DNA of 17,352 nucleotides from Azolla caroliniana (GCA_043228905.1 JBHGNT010000701.1:1-17352); one strand, 5' to 3'; shown: positions 1 to 10,688, counted from the first letter of the stretch. Translations and numbers: made by a program. The notes: a model not told the origin generated them from the sequence alone.

Positions 1-305
1 TGATAGATCGGGGAGGGTAAATGATCATTGTGGCCAATCAGAAAGACCAGCGCCCTTTGGAGATCCCTGGGGCCTCGGGTGATGCTCACTGAAGGTCCAG
101 GGGGACTCGATTCTACAGGGGGACTGTTGCAGGGGTCTAAGCGCCGAGTAACCACTGGTGGCGGGGCTGCTCTGGCCAATGAAAGACTCCTATCGAAGAG
201 TGTCAGTGCCTTGCCGTCCTCCAGTCTTGGGACGAGATGGGATGCCGCGTGCTTGTCTTTTTGGTGTTTCCATCCTGATTTGTACATGTGTGCGCTTGGA
301 CACAT
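1..305 (-). CDS. Possible N-terminal part of a hypothetical protein running off the left edge (partial)
   Basis: Stop-free minus frame from ATG 305 (second ATG 287) to the window edge: MCPSAHMYKSGWKHQKDKHAASHLVPRLEDGKALTLFDRSLSLARAAPPPVVTRRLDPCNSPPVESSPPGP... Missing from the ORF track because it has no stop in the window. Pyrimidine-rich tracts lie upstream on the minus strand (~310-335, ~880-930). No recognisable domain. Confidence 0.3.
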   Translation of the reverse strand, partial: MCPSAHMYKSGWKHQKDKHAASHLVPRLEDGKALTLFDRSLSLARAAPPPVVTRRLDPCNSPPVESSPPGPSVSITRGPRDLQRALVFLIGHNDHLPSPIY

Positions 306-1112
306 ATGAATGAGAATAAAAGAGAAGAAGGATGGAACTCCCGTTGCCGGCATCCGAGAGCGAGGCGGATCACATCACAGCTCGGCACATTTCTCTTCCA
401 GGGCGTCTGCCAAAGAACCTCAGGTAATCCGAATCGAATGTCAGGAGGCTGTCCTGCACCACAACTTTACAGGTTCTTCCCTCGTAGGCACGTCCATCAA
501 TCAATAATATCGCCACTCGGGATATGGTGGCATTGGATAGAGTCGAGGCCGAGCACCAACAATAGTGTTGGTGAGGCAGCTGATCCATGTGTGGTAAATC
601 GGCTCGTGTTACCCTACCTGTGTCATCAAATTACGTCCTCTCAGAGCAAAAGTGCGCAAGGAGCACCGGTCGCACTGTGCTGAGGGTATTTGCCATCCTC
701 TCAAAGCACAGTGAACCTCAGGCTCATCTTGGAGTTTCTCTGCAGGCTGCACAGATGAATGTATGTGGCTGTGCATCTATTCAGCCACAGTGCGCCACAC
801 ATTCATGATCCAGGTAACGTTATCCAGCTCCATTCTACAGTTCATACTTGTAGGAAACCAGCATCAAATTTAATCAAGAAGAACGAAAAAGACGAGAGAG
901 GAAGAGGTATAAAATAGAAAGAAAGAATATGATACCTCAATTAGAAGAGTAACAGGTTTTCCTGAGAAAGGGAAGAGTTCACTTGACTGGTAACTGGCAT
1001 ATGCCATCACCACTGTCGCGACATGCACTTTCTTAAACTCATGCCTCCTGCTGGCCCACCAAAAATTCCCCACGACATCAGATTCACTCTCACAACTCCA
1101 AACCACATCACC

Positions 1113-2092
1113 ATGGCGTCAACCTCAGCCGCCACAGACGACTGGACATTCGTCAAGCCCAAATCTCGCAAAAATGGCAAGAAGCAAGCAGTCAAGCCCC
1201 TCCCTGGCGCGCAAACACATGCCACCACATCTTCAAAGCCCAGAACCACTGGCCTGCGTTCTGTGGAGGAAATTGAGAGAGAATATGAGACTGTGAAGCA
1301 GAGATGGGAAGAAACCGGCTCGGCTGAGAAGCTGAGAGACTTCATGAGGAGAGAAAGGGCGAGGATAGGAAAGGGAAAGGTCTCGTCAGCCGTGTGCTTC
1401 GGGTTGGGGACGTTTGACCCCGAGGATGGGGCTTGGGGGCAGAAGAGGATGAGCTTTATCCAGCTCGCTGCGTTCCTCGTGATGGTGGAGGAGCTGAGTA
1501 TGTCATCTTTCTTCCCCTCAGATATTTTGACCGCCACACAATACTGATAACAAGTGTAGAGACAGACGCGGATGATACGGATACGATCCAATGTGTCTTC
1601 CAGGATCCTATATGCACACAGTCCGACAAGGACTTTCTCTCAAAGATGGGCCACAAGGTTGTCGATGCCCCCGCCGGAATTGACTCTATCGATGAGAACT
1701 GCTTCTTCTACGCAATTCACCTGTACCGGCCCGTGTACGCCGCCGTAGTGCAGAAGGCGTTGCCCAAAATTTTTGTCGGCACTGATCTTGCCGAATGGGA
1801 AAAGTAGGTGTCAAGATTTCAGGATGAGGGACTCATTTGCTGACACGAAGATCTTGCACCCATGAAGCTTATGGAGAAAAGATACCACAAGACGACATTC
1901 CCTTGTGATACAGACGTTATCTTTCACGGAACCGTCATATACTCAAAGCCCGAGGATCAAAACACCGCCAAGTCACAAGACGGAAAGAACCCAGACAACA
2001 CATCAAAATCCGCTATAACAGAAGAAAAGAAGACACAGAACTCTGTGGAGGAAGACCTGGCATCCAAACTCGCCGCCACCAAGATTGACTGA
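1113..2092 (+). CDS. SRR1: SRR1-like protein (sensitivity to red light reduced-1 / yeast Ber1 family), 3 exons: 1113-1497, 1560-1803, ~1851-2092
   Basis: ATG in good context (CACCATGG). N-terminal 'DDWTFVKPKSRK', SRR1-domain-type motifs 'AVCFGLGTF', 'FIQLAAFL', 'CVFQDP...DKDFL..MGHKVV', 'FFYAIHLY' and 'FP......FHGTVIYSK'. Intron 1 (1498-1559, GTATGT..CTGAT..TAG) joins the ORFs in frame. Intron 2 (GTAGGT at 1804, GCTGAC 1839-1844, AAG 1848-1850) is off by 1 nt, probably an indel in the A-run at 1800-1803. Family call is from motif recognition, not a search. Confidence 0.8.
1498..1559 (+). other. Spliceosomal intron 1 of SRR1-like gene (62 nt)
   Basis: GTATGT donor, ACTGAT branch (~1543-1548), TAG acceptor; phase 1 join keeps frame (A+AG = Lys). 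Confidence 0.8.
1804..1850 (+). other. Probable intron 2 of SRR1-like gene (boundaries uncertain)
   Basis: GTAGGT donor overlapping the in-frame TAG of the second ORF, GCTGAC branch, nearest AG at 1849-1850. Frame is restored only with a 1-nt correction. Confidence 0.55.
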
Positions 2093-2748
2093 GGCCTTCG
2101 TCATCTCTCCTCTGCTCACCCGCAGTATACCTTGACACACTATCTCCCGGCCACTCTGCGCCGGGAGCATCCATCTCAACAAATCGGACACCGTCTCGAC
2201 ACTACGCTACCGAGGCACGACTTACACGGGGCGACGGGACTCCACCCAAACACCACGCCGCAAGTACACCGCGCCGAACTCGCGATATGTCAACCCGCGC
2301 ACTGCCCGGCATTTCTCTGCACTTTTCAATTTCCAACATTTGGCATAAAAAATTTTTTCGCCTTCTGATTCATAGAATTCTGAGGTTCGCTCAAATTCTA
2401 ACAAGCGCGCAGCGCTGGAAGAGCTTCACCGCTGGCCTCACTTCCATCGGGTTCTGTCAACTTAGTCCTGCACATCGGCCTCACCACCACTTTCCCATCT
2501 TCCAACCTCTGAGATCCTACATCTTCTAACTTTGTGCTACATCTCTCTTTTAAAGTTTTCAGCTGCACGTCTTCCGGGTCTCGACCTTTCTATCCGGTTG
2601 CTACTTCAACATCATCACAAGTGTGCATCTACTTTTACCCCAGCAGGATTTTAGAATCCTTGTCACATACTCAACCCAGCTGGCCACAACTCCATCCATC
2701 TCTCTCTCTACTTTCTCATTTGATTTCATCCTGGTCAAAAGCAGGAAA

Positions 2749-3763
2749 ATGGCCTCCCTGTCCCCCTCTTCCTCCTTCGACATCCCCGAGCTCGACAACG
2801 AGGCCATGAAGCGCCTCCGCACAATCGAGTACCACTCCTTCTGGCAGCTCATCCAGCGCGTATCCAAGAAGCCAGAGTACACTGCTGCTGCAAACGACAT
2901 CGGAAAGCGCCGCATCCTTGAGACGCACCTCGAACAGCTCAAGGTCAAACGGTACGGTCCACACACGTCCACTCGATCTTTTACTCTCACACACTCGCTC
3001 TTGAGTCTTTTCTTTTCTCCCGTCCTCGCAGAAACGCTGACTTCTTTGTGTGCGTGACAGTCGCCAAAACCGACTCTCAGTCGGCTGGGTCGATACAAAC
3101 GTCATGCTCGACCGATACTTTGAAAAGCAAAAAAATCAGCACACACGACACTCTGCTTCTCTCGCAATCACCGCGGCCGGCGGGAATATGGCACTTCCGA
3201 TCGGTCCTCATGCGACAGCTCCGCCAACCGCGCTTACGAGCTTGGATATCTTAAGGACGGCTTTCGGCAGACTGCCGCTCCAAGGAGGCGATTGGGCTGT
3301 GGGTTCGACGGGAGAGGGCGGGACTCTGGAGCCTGGGCTGAAGATGGAGCCTCTTGCGTTCCCTGAGATCGAATACGCAGGTACTACTGGGTTCAGCCTA
3401 GCAGGTGGCCCCGTGGGAGGGGTTGGGCTCGGGATCCAGGGTGAACCTCATCTTTTTGAGGGCGGAAATCCTGGCGGGCCAGGGTTCTCGCAAGCACAGT
3501 CGCCCTCTTCACCGATGATGAGTATCGAGGAGGTGCAGACGCCGCAGGCCGAGGAGCGGGAAGGACAGGACGATCACCACCGACACCATCGCCAGCATCA
3601 GCAGTCTCTGATGGATGGCTCCCGCAGGCTCGAGCGTTTGGAGGAGGATAACCGTCGATTGCAAGACATGGTTCGCCAGCTGCAGGAGCGGCTGGATCGT
3701 TTGGATAATCCCTCGCCGCCATCGGCGCGGTTTCCCTCAGCTGATTTCATTCTCATGGAGTGA
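2749..3763 (+). CDS. Hypothetical protein, 301 aa, 2 exons (2749-2951, 3061-3763); basic helical N-terminal domain, disordered middle, C-terminal coiled coil
   Basis: AAAATGG start after a CT-rich leader. Intron 2952-3060 (GTACGG..GCTGAC..CAG) joins ORF 2623-3057 to ORF 3050-3763 exactly in frame (CG+T = Arg), 906 nt in total. Heptad pattern LERLEEDNRRLQDMVRQLQERLDRL near the C-terminus. Confidence 0.8.
2952..3060 (+). other. Spliceosomal intron (109 nt) of hypothetical gene
   Basis: GTACGG donor, pyrimidine-rich body, GCTGAC branch 3036-3041, CAG acceptor 3058-3060; frame-preserving. Confidence 0.8.
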
Positions 3764-4406
3764 AGGCGATCGACGAGCGGGTCGCCACAAGGTTGAGTGC
3801 GGTTGAGAAGGAGCAAGTGGCTGAAGGGACCGAATTTCGCACGCGTTATAAGTTGGTGATATCTGGGGCAGCATAATCTTTCGTTTTTGTGTTGAGAAGG
3901 ATATACCCCGGTGGAGTAGCTGGAATATTGAGATTTGGAATGGCTTAGTTCTTGCTGGGCGTCCACGACGGAGCATGGCTTCAATACAACGGATATGAAT
4001 TTCAGTACATTGCTGGGTCCATTATCAGGATTGCAAGAGTGAGGAGGTCTCATTCGTATATATCATAACCTTAATAATCTACCTAACTCTCACATCCCAA
4101 ACTATCTACTCACCACCCACATCAAAGCACAAACACAAACCGTCATTTCCAAATACATATTCATCTCTCCCTTACAGGCTCTCCAAAATAATAAGTGATA
4201 TCGCGCAAAAATAAAAGCTCATTAAAATAACAGTCATTCCAGCTCATGCGCTTCAAAATCGTCAGGCAGTGCCATGTTGCGTCGCGTAATAGGTAAAGAC
4301 CGAGATGTAGGTCCCGAAGAACAAGAAAACAAAAACAAGAAACAGGATATCAAACCCGAAAATGAAACGCCGAAAGGCCCACGACTGACTCATTCCAGAC
4401 TTGGTC

Positions 4407-6449
4407 TCATAGGCTGAAAGCAGCGATATTGTCCACCGACTGCCCAGAACAGTCCGGAATCTTGACGCCCTTCTTCAGCTCGCGGTTCACATCCATCAGC
4501 CCCCACTTGTCCTCCCATTCCTTGCCCTTCTCGTTGAAGCTCTCCTTCCACGGCTCATCGAAGCTGCTGAACCAAAAGTACTGCGTCTCGTTCTTCAATG
4601 CCGTACATACCCAGTCCTCCAACAGCTGGTTCAGCCCGTCGACGCCAGCCACGGCGCCTTTGGGGCAGGACGCTGCGCCGCCGCAGTTGGTGCCGCCGCC
4701 TGTGGGCCAGCCCACCTCAGCGATAATGTTCTTCCTCTTGTCCGCCTTCCAGTACGGCCTGTCCTGATCAGACCAGAAGTTGTAAGTCCAGTCAGCGGCG
4801 GTCTTGGAGGACTCGCCGGCAAAGAACGGATGAATGTTGGCCATAAGGTAGTCCGAGTCGTCTGCCAGCTCCGTAGTCCAATCGTCGCCGAGATCAGAAG
4901 TCGCCACAGGGAGATCAATGTTCTTCTTCTTCAGCTTGCTGCGGACATCATCGAGCACAGTGGCGAGCTCAGTGATCGTCATCTCCTGGCGGAAGATAAT
5001 TTCGTTCGCGACGATAATGCCTTCAAAAGGGTCCTCGCCGTATTCGTCCAGCACATCCCACATCTGCTCCAGCTGGCGAGCATTGGTAGTCGAGTTATCG
5101 TCCTGCCACACACCCATCCAAACCTTCACGTCGTTCTTGAGGTCGAGCCGGTCGATGGCATGAAGCACCATCTGTGTCTGATTGCAATCCGTTCCGTAAA
5201 GGCGCACCTTGTTGGTCAGCTGGCTGAGGACAGCAATGTCGCGGGTAACGTTGTTCTGCGATGGCGGGTTGTGGATGCATTCCGGGTACTGCGTGTTCAT
5301 GGGCGTGTAGTCCATCCCCGGGAAAACCTTGTGGAGGTCCTTGTTGTTCAGAAGCTTCTTGATCTCTGCGCTGCTCTTGCTCAGGTCACCGTTCTCTTCC
5401 ATGTCGTCTTCGGCTGATTGTCCTTTGCGTCCCCCGCTAGAAGAGTCATCGGCACCCTTGAAGACAAGGCCGCCGAGAATGCCACCCACAATGGCACCAA
5501 TGATGGCGACTGCTAGAGCAATGATGACAACCCACTTCCACTTTTTGCTCTTGGGTTTTGGCTTCTCACGTGCACTGCCAAGATCATATACGCCCTCGGA
5601 ATCTCCTGCCATACAGTCAGTACCCTGTTCGATCAAACATGATGACGAAAGACGTACCTGCTCGAGCGGACATGTAACCGCCAGCGGCGGCGGCGCCTCC
5701 TGCTACCGTGGCCGCTGTTGCCCCACGCTTGCCCGCCCTGTCAGAGTTGTGCGAGCTCAGCATCGAGTTGCGGTTGCTCGGTCGGAAACCGTTGAGCCCG
5801 TCGTCGCCATCATCAACGACCTCATGAGGGTTGATTTCACCGAGCCTCGTCGTGGTGCCCCTCGGTGTCCTGAACGGGTCGTCGTACCCATCTCCGCGTT
5901 GACTCGGGGCTCGCGATCCGTAAGGAGAGCTTCCCACGGCCGCAAGATTATTGTATGAGTCGGCACGGCTCACCGGGCCCTGACTGTACCCATGGGGATC
6001 ATATCCATACCCAGCAGAGCCGCCTGCAGCATAGGGGTCGTTATGGTTTCGCGATCGCTGCTGATGTTGTCCAGAGTGGTTGTTTGAAGCCGTGCGTGAA
6101 GGCGGAGGGGGGAGGCCAGTATGGCCATGATAGCCGTCGTGGTAGGCCTGGTTGGATGCATAGCCCATACCCGCAGGCGCGATTGGGGCGGCACTGTGAC
6201 TGTCAATTACTTGGATATCCTCAACGCACTCAGGATAATGAGAGCAACATACGCTTGCTGTCGTCCCCGGCTCTGTTCTCTCTGCCCGGCCCCAGCATAG
6301 TAGGAGTTGTCGCCGTGTGGCGGTACGGACGGGGGGGCCCGGTCGTTATAATCATGCCTGTTCCCCGGGGATTCGTGGTATCCTCCATCATAGCCACTAT
6401 TCTCTGGACGACCGTACGGTGCTGGTTCTTGTTGGTAACGAGAAGGCAT
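4407..6449 (-). CDS. btgC: Glycoside hydrolase family 17 glucan endo-1,3-beta-glucosidase, BtgC type (type II membrane protein), exons 6449-6253, 6193-5658, 5605-4407 (643 aa; start may extend to 6519)
   Basis: Long low-complexity Tyr/Gly/Pro-rich N-terminus, then basic stretch and single TM helix (KKWKWVVIIALAVAIIGAIVGGILGGLVF), then GH17 domain: LHKVFPGMDYTPMNTQYPEC, VRLYGTDCNQ, IIVANE (putative acid/base Glu), MANIHPFF, IAEVGWPT (putative nucleophile Glu), FSSFDEPWK, WEDKWGL. Both introns preserve frame. Confidence 0.92.
5606..5657 (-). other. Intron 2 of btgC (52 nt)
   Basis: Minus strand GTACGT..ACTGAC..CAG; phase 1 join G+GA keeps frame between ORFs 5617-6168 and 4407-5636. Confidence 0.85.
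6194..6252 (-). other. Intron 1 of btgC (59 nt)
   Basis: Minus strand GTATGT..TTGAC..CAG; phase 2 join GC+T keeps frame into the ORF containing ATG 6168. Confidence 0.75.
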
Positions 6450-9219
6450 GTCTGCCTCGGAATCGTGGTATGGAGAGCTCTGGTCCGAGTATTGGTGCGT
6501 TCGGGCCGTAGTGATTCATGCTGACTGCGGCGCGAGGCAGAGACGTCGTGACGTTCGATATGTTGCCTCTACCTCAGACAAGGCTCGTGGGTAACGCGAA
6601 GCCAGACGGGCAGGCCAGTAATTGGCGCAAACTGCTGCGAAAGTGGGAAATGGCTCAGGAAAAGGCGCGCACATGCGTAGACCGGTTTTTCTGGGCCCGA
6701 CGTTGCGACAGGTAGATTGATCGGATCTGGACTCAAAGTCGCCACGTGAGTGGTCTATGGGTGACGAAAGCAGGGTGAGAAGCAGCAAACTGTTGGATCC
6801 AGTGTAGCAGAGACGCTTTGGACGCCGGATCAAGCGGTTTTGGGGTGCGAGAAAGGTCTCAGACGAACGAATGAGGTTATTTCCAAAGAGCGCGATGTGT
6901 CCAAGTTAGAGAACGAGCGAGCAGGTCGTCGAGGAGGACAAGGCGTAGTGACGAACCCCAGGATACGGATCGCGCTCAGGCCAAGATGGAGCGAAAGAGG
7001 TGGTCAGTACGACACAAAACAAAGAGCGCAGAGCGGCCCAAGACCAGCAGCGATTATAACAAGCAGAGGATATCGAGAGATGATCAGGGAGAATGGAGGC
7101 CTGGGGGAACAACGAGGAGGGAACACACAGACGGGGTGTTTCTATAGGGACAGTGCGTTTACAGAGTGCCCTCTGTGATGTCGTACTGGGCCAGCTAGTG
7201 CTGTGTTGGTTGGCCCCCAGGCGTAGACCCCTCGCTCACATCATAGCCCCGCTATTACAGGCACATTGTCGCGTGTGGATGGGCCCCCACAGACTCCGCC
7301 AGGGACTAGAGCCCGCTGGGGGCCGCTAGAATAGCAACCATCATTGACAGCCGGGGGGCCTCGTCATCTTCCCTAGCAACAGGACAGCAACCATCGCTCG
7401 TTTTTTTCTTCATCACGGAATATTGGACAACCTAAGCTCGTTGTTGTGTTTGTGTGATCATTGCTGGATGATCTGATCTGTGCCTGATTGCCAATGAAGC
7501 TGCTCGAGACTTCGTCTTGGATGGCTCTGGGGTCTTAGCGGCAGAGGCTTGGTCCAAACGCCATTGTCCCAAGTGCACAGCCTTCACGTGTCGCGATGGA
7601 CGGTCAGACGCTACTGTCTTACCCTTCGTATTGCCCGAGTCGCCAACCCCTTGACCTCGTTCTCGAAGTCATTCGGACCGTCGGCACGAGCGCTACTTGT
7701 CTTGGTTGCACTTGACGTCTGGACGACATACGACCCGAGAGAGGCTAGTGCTGATACAACACCACCAGCGTCGTATGGCGTGGATGTCTGTTCATAGTGG
7801 ATTCATCAATACTTGTGGTTCTACGCTCACAACAGTTTTGCAATCAAAGCAAAGGTCCCGTTTGTCTCGAGTTTCGCCAGGTGTCGCAACCTCATGTCCC
7901 TTACCACGCCCCCAATGCATTTACTTCGAGACATTGTTCAGTCAAATAACACACTTGACGCAAAGCTTTATTATGGGCATGGAAACTCAATTGTCCGACG
8001 TACCCATACAATGATCGAGGCTTTGGTCGATGTCATTACCTGTCTGCTATTTTTTTTTTCCCCTCAAATTGCTTTGATTTGAATCATCGCGGGTAATGGA
8101 AACCTTGTAATCCATAGGCCGCTGGGGCGACAATTCTTGCTGTTTGTAACTTGTGTGAGGGTTGGGGTTGGTTGAAGTTTCAACACGCAACTACCACACT
8201 GTGCTGTCTCTTCCCATGCAACTCTCCGGGGAACCAACCAAGGTAATTCAAGCAGATCTCGTGATCTCGCCAAGTACCACCGTATCCTCACATTGCGCAA
8301 TATACGGTGTCTCGTATAGGACATCCAACGTGGAATGCGCACGTATCAGCCTCCTGGGCCATCGCTGCGCCACGCATTTTACGCAGCATGCAGGTCTCGT
8401 CTGAGGCGTCAATTAGTGAAAATTTGGCTTGGAAGACAATTCGAGTATCACTATCCAAATGAACAGCCCTTATCTCTTATAATGTTGTGTTCTTACAAAT
8501 GCGAGCCCTGTCCCTGGCTGGGACTGGCGTGAAGTGCGGTATTCTTTTGAATCCGGCCCATGATTGACGTTCAACTTCCGTAATCAACGTCCATGCAGAT
8601 CCTCCAAGTGTGGTATCATGGATCTTACCTGTCAAAGCGCCAAGCTTCAGACGCCAAACGGTTTGTCATGAAAGGCGGATCTGTGGGGTGATGACCAGCC
8701 GGGTCTTAAAGCCCAGCGGTGTTTGGCCTTTCAGCGTCGCTTTGGCGTTGTCTTGGGTCCAAATTCCATCACGTGACTTGTCAAGTGACAGCAAGCGCGA
8801 AGGACAGATCTTGACCCTGTGGACCGCTGGATGGTGTCAAAAGCGATAGCAGGGTTGCTGGTCGATTGCGACTACCACTCAAAAGTCATATTCTGTCAAA
8901 GCGAAGATAAAGCTTGACGGTTGGAGCTTTTGCCATCAAATTAAGCAGCTGCGGAAAGGCAACATGGGCACGAATCGTGCCCTGAACTGTTGACTGTGTC
9001 ACTTAATGCTGATTCTTTCGCAAACGCCATGTCCGGACAACTCACACCCGCCGCGCAGTGACCTGACAGAATATTATGTGAAAGACTTAGATGAAAACCC
9101 CCGATATAGCGAGGTCCAATTCGATATGCGACACATTCTCGTTGTGAAGTCTTAAAAAACAGCAAGCAAACCTCCAGAGTTAGCTATAGGGTATGATCTC
9201 TACACGTCAAAGGTCGGAA

Positions 9220-9936
9220 CCCCTAGGCCACGACCGACCGATATCTCTGGCCCAGGTATCGTTGAATATGGGGTCTCAACACTCCCCCTGAATCGATCGC
9301 AGGACCGTCTAGTCGCGGACTGAGATTCAAAAAGAGCCTTTTGTGAACAATCCTATAACATGCAATACTTATATCTGTGCACGCCTCCTCAGACTCCTGA
9401 TTCGAACTCCTGACCTACGGGAAGCTGCATGCAACGCAATATGCGACCTCCACCACGCAATTGCTACCATATCGACTGGTCGTACTTTTGACCTAGGGGT
9501 TCCGTCGTTTGACACTACAAGGATGTTGCCCCACGTGCATCGCTTTCGCAATCCCAATCTGTCGACACCGACCGGAGCCTACTCTCCGTCCCTTCCCCAC
9601 AAAGCATCATTATGCCTCCATCAACATCACGATTGCCTCTGATCCCCTCCGTCCTTCTGGATCACATCCGTGAGATACAGAAGGAATTTCGCACTTGGCG
9701 TCTGCAGAGATGGGGGTTGGAGGGGGTAAAGTGGTTCCTGGTCTAACTTCTGATGTCATGCTGGCTTCTATTGCAGCGGATGATTGACTTGGACCGTTGT
9801 CAACCCATCGAGAGCGCAGGACATCTCGGGGATCCAGGGGATATGGCAGGAGGTTGTTGGGATTGACGAGGGGATCTGACATCATGGCTAGATGATGTAA
9901 TATTTGAGGCTCTACAGAGGACAGCCATAGATATAA
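9220..9936 (+). promoter_or_regulatory. Putative stress-responsive promoter: 7 STRE cores (AGGGG/CCCCT) plus TATA-like ATATAA
   Basis: CCCCT at 9220, 9285, 9644; AGGGG at 9495, 9721, 9836, 9869; ATATAA at 9931-9936, followed by a C/A-rich leader up to ATG 10096. Confidence 0.5.
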
Positions 9937-10095
9937 GAATGTGACGAGACTACCTCCGTCAAGTCTCTTGTCTCTCCATCATCATAAACAAGTCCTCGAC
10001 GTTCTCACACACCTACCCAATCCATAATCAGCTCCCGGGAGCCTTTACGCAAACTTTCTCTCTAAGAGAAGTCATATCAATACAACATCACCGAA

Positions 10096-10688
10096 ATGTC
10101 TGCCAACCCGACGCGCGCACTTTGGCCAGGAAATTGGCAACCACATCAAGCCTTCTGAGCCCCTGATGAAGGGAGGAGTACGTAACTTTCCACGCCTAGT
10201 CTGAGGTCGCCAATATCATCATCTGAGGAACATCTGCTGACATCGCGTCCCAGCACGCCCTGGTGTCCTCGTTGGCAACGATAAGGTTCCTGAGTTCCAC
10301 GCCGAACAGCACCCCGCCGGCACCGCTCCCCGGGAAAACACCTTCCAGCCTAACCCCCAGGGCGAGAACGCTGGTCCTACCGCCCGCCAGGCTGTTGATG
10401 CCTCTTCCACCCTCGGCGGTGCCACCTCCGCAGACGTCCACCAGGGTTTCGGTCACCCCGGCTTCCGGTCAGACCTCGCAAGAGATGCACGGCATTCACA
10501 AGAAGGATGGCAGTGGCCTCGAGGGCGTCGGTGCCAATCCCAGGGACCCCATCCACGACATGGGTGCAGACAGGCCGTATGAGACCAACAAGCGCTGGTA
10601 AGGGTGAGTCTCGGCGCAGAGGACTACCCTGGTGCTGAGGACAGGGAGCCTTGTGAGCGCTGAGCAGGTTGCTTCTGAGCGCAGATAA
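10096..10688 (+). CDS. Small hydrophilic conserved-hypothetical fungal protein (~170 aa, hydrophilin/LEA-like), 1 intron (10178-10253), ~5 apparent frameshifts
   Basis: Stitched translation: MSANP..HFGQEIGNHIKPSEPLMKGG | HAPGVLVGNDKVPEFHAEQHPAGTAPRENTFQPNPQGENAGPTARQAVDASSTLGGATSADVHQGFGHPGSGQTSQEMHGIHKKDGSGLEGVGANPRDPIHDMGADRPYETNKR..GAEDYPGAEDREPVSAEQVASERR*. Canonical intron GTACGT..GCTGAC..CAG; strong C/G-ending codon bias. Indels near 10105-10118, 10258, 10463, 10596-10612 and 10651. The motifs resemble ascomycete hypothetical proteins from memory; not searched. Confidence 0.75.

Noticed and set aside
1023-1112. Upstream in-frame ATGs (1023, 1041) for the SRR1-like gene
   Set aside because: The extension looks like C/A-rich leader sequence; ATG 1113 has better context and directly precedes the WTFV-basic N-terminal motif.
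1007-1591. 194-aa minus ORF, and similar minus ORFs at 2601-3105 and 3393-4053
   Set aside because: Antisense to well-supported spliced plus-strand genes; non-ATG starts or no domain signal.
2347-2358. Perfect palindrome AAAAAATTTTTT resembling an RRPE element
   Set aside because: Single low-complexity occurrence with no PAC partner; could be a simple nucleosome-excluding tract.
4429-6524. Long plus-strand ORFs (4830-5417, 5329-5958, 5955-6524, 4429-4767)
   Set aside because: Antisense shadows of the GC-biased btgC coding sequence; no motifs of their own.
6520-9200. Short ORFs in the 3.6-kb divergent intergenic region
   Set aside because: All 112 aa or shorter, in inconsistent frames and strands, with no recognisable protein features; best read as UTR and promoter DNA.
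10598-10609. GTAAGG and GTGAGT as donors of a second intron in the small hydrophilic gene
   Set aside because: No good branch/acceptor nearby, and splicing would remove the protein-like C-terminal block; indels explain the frame break better.
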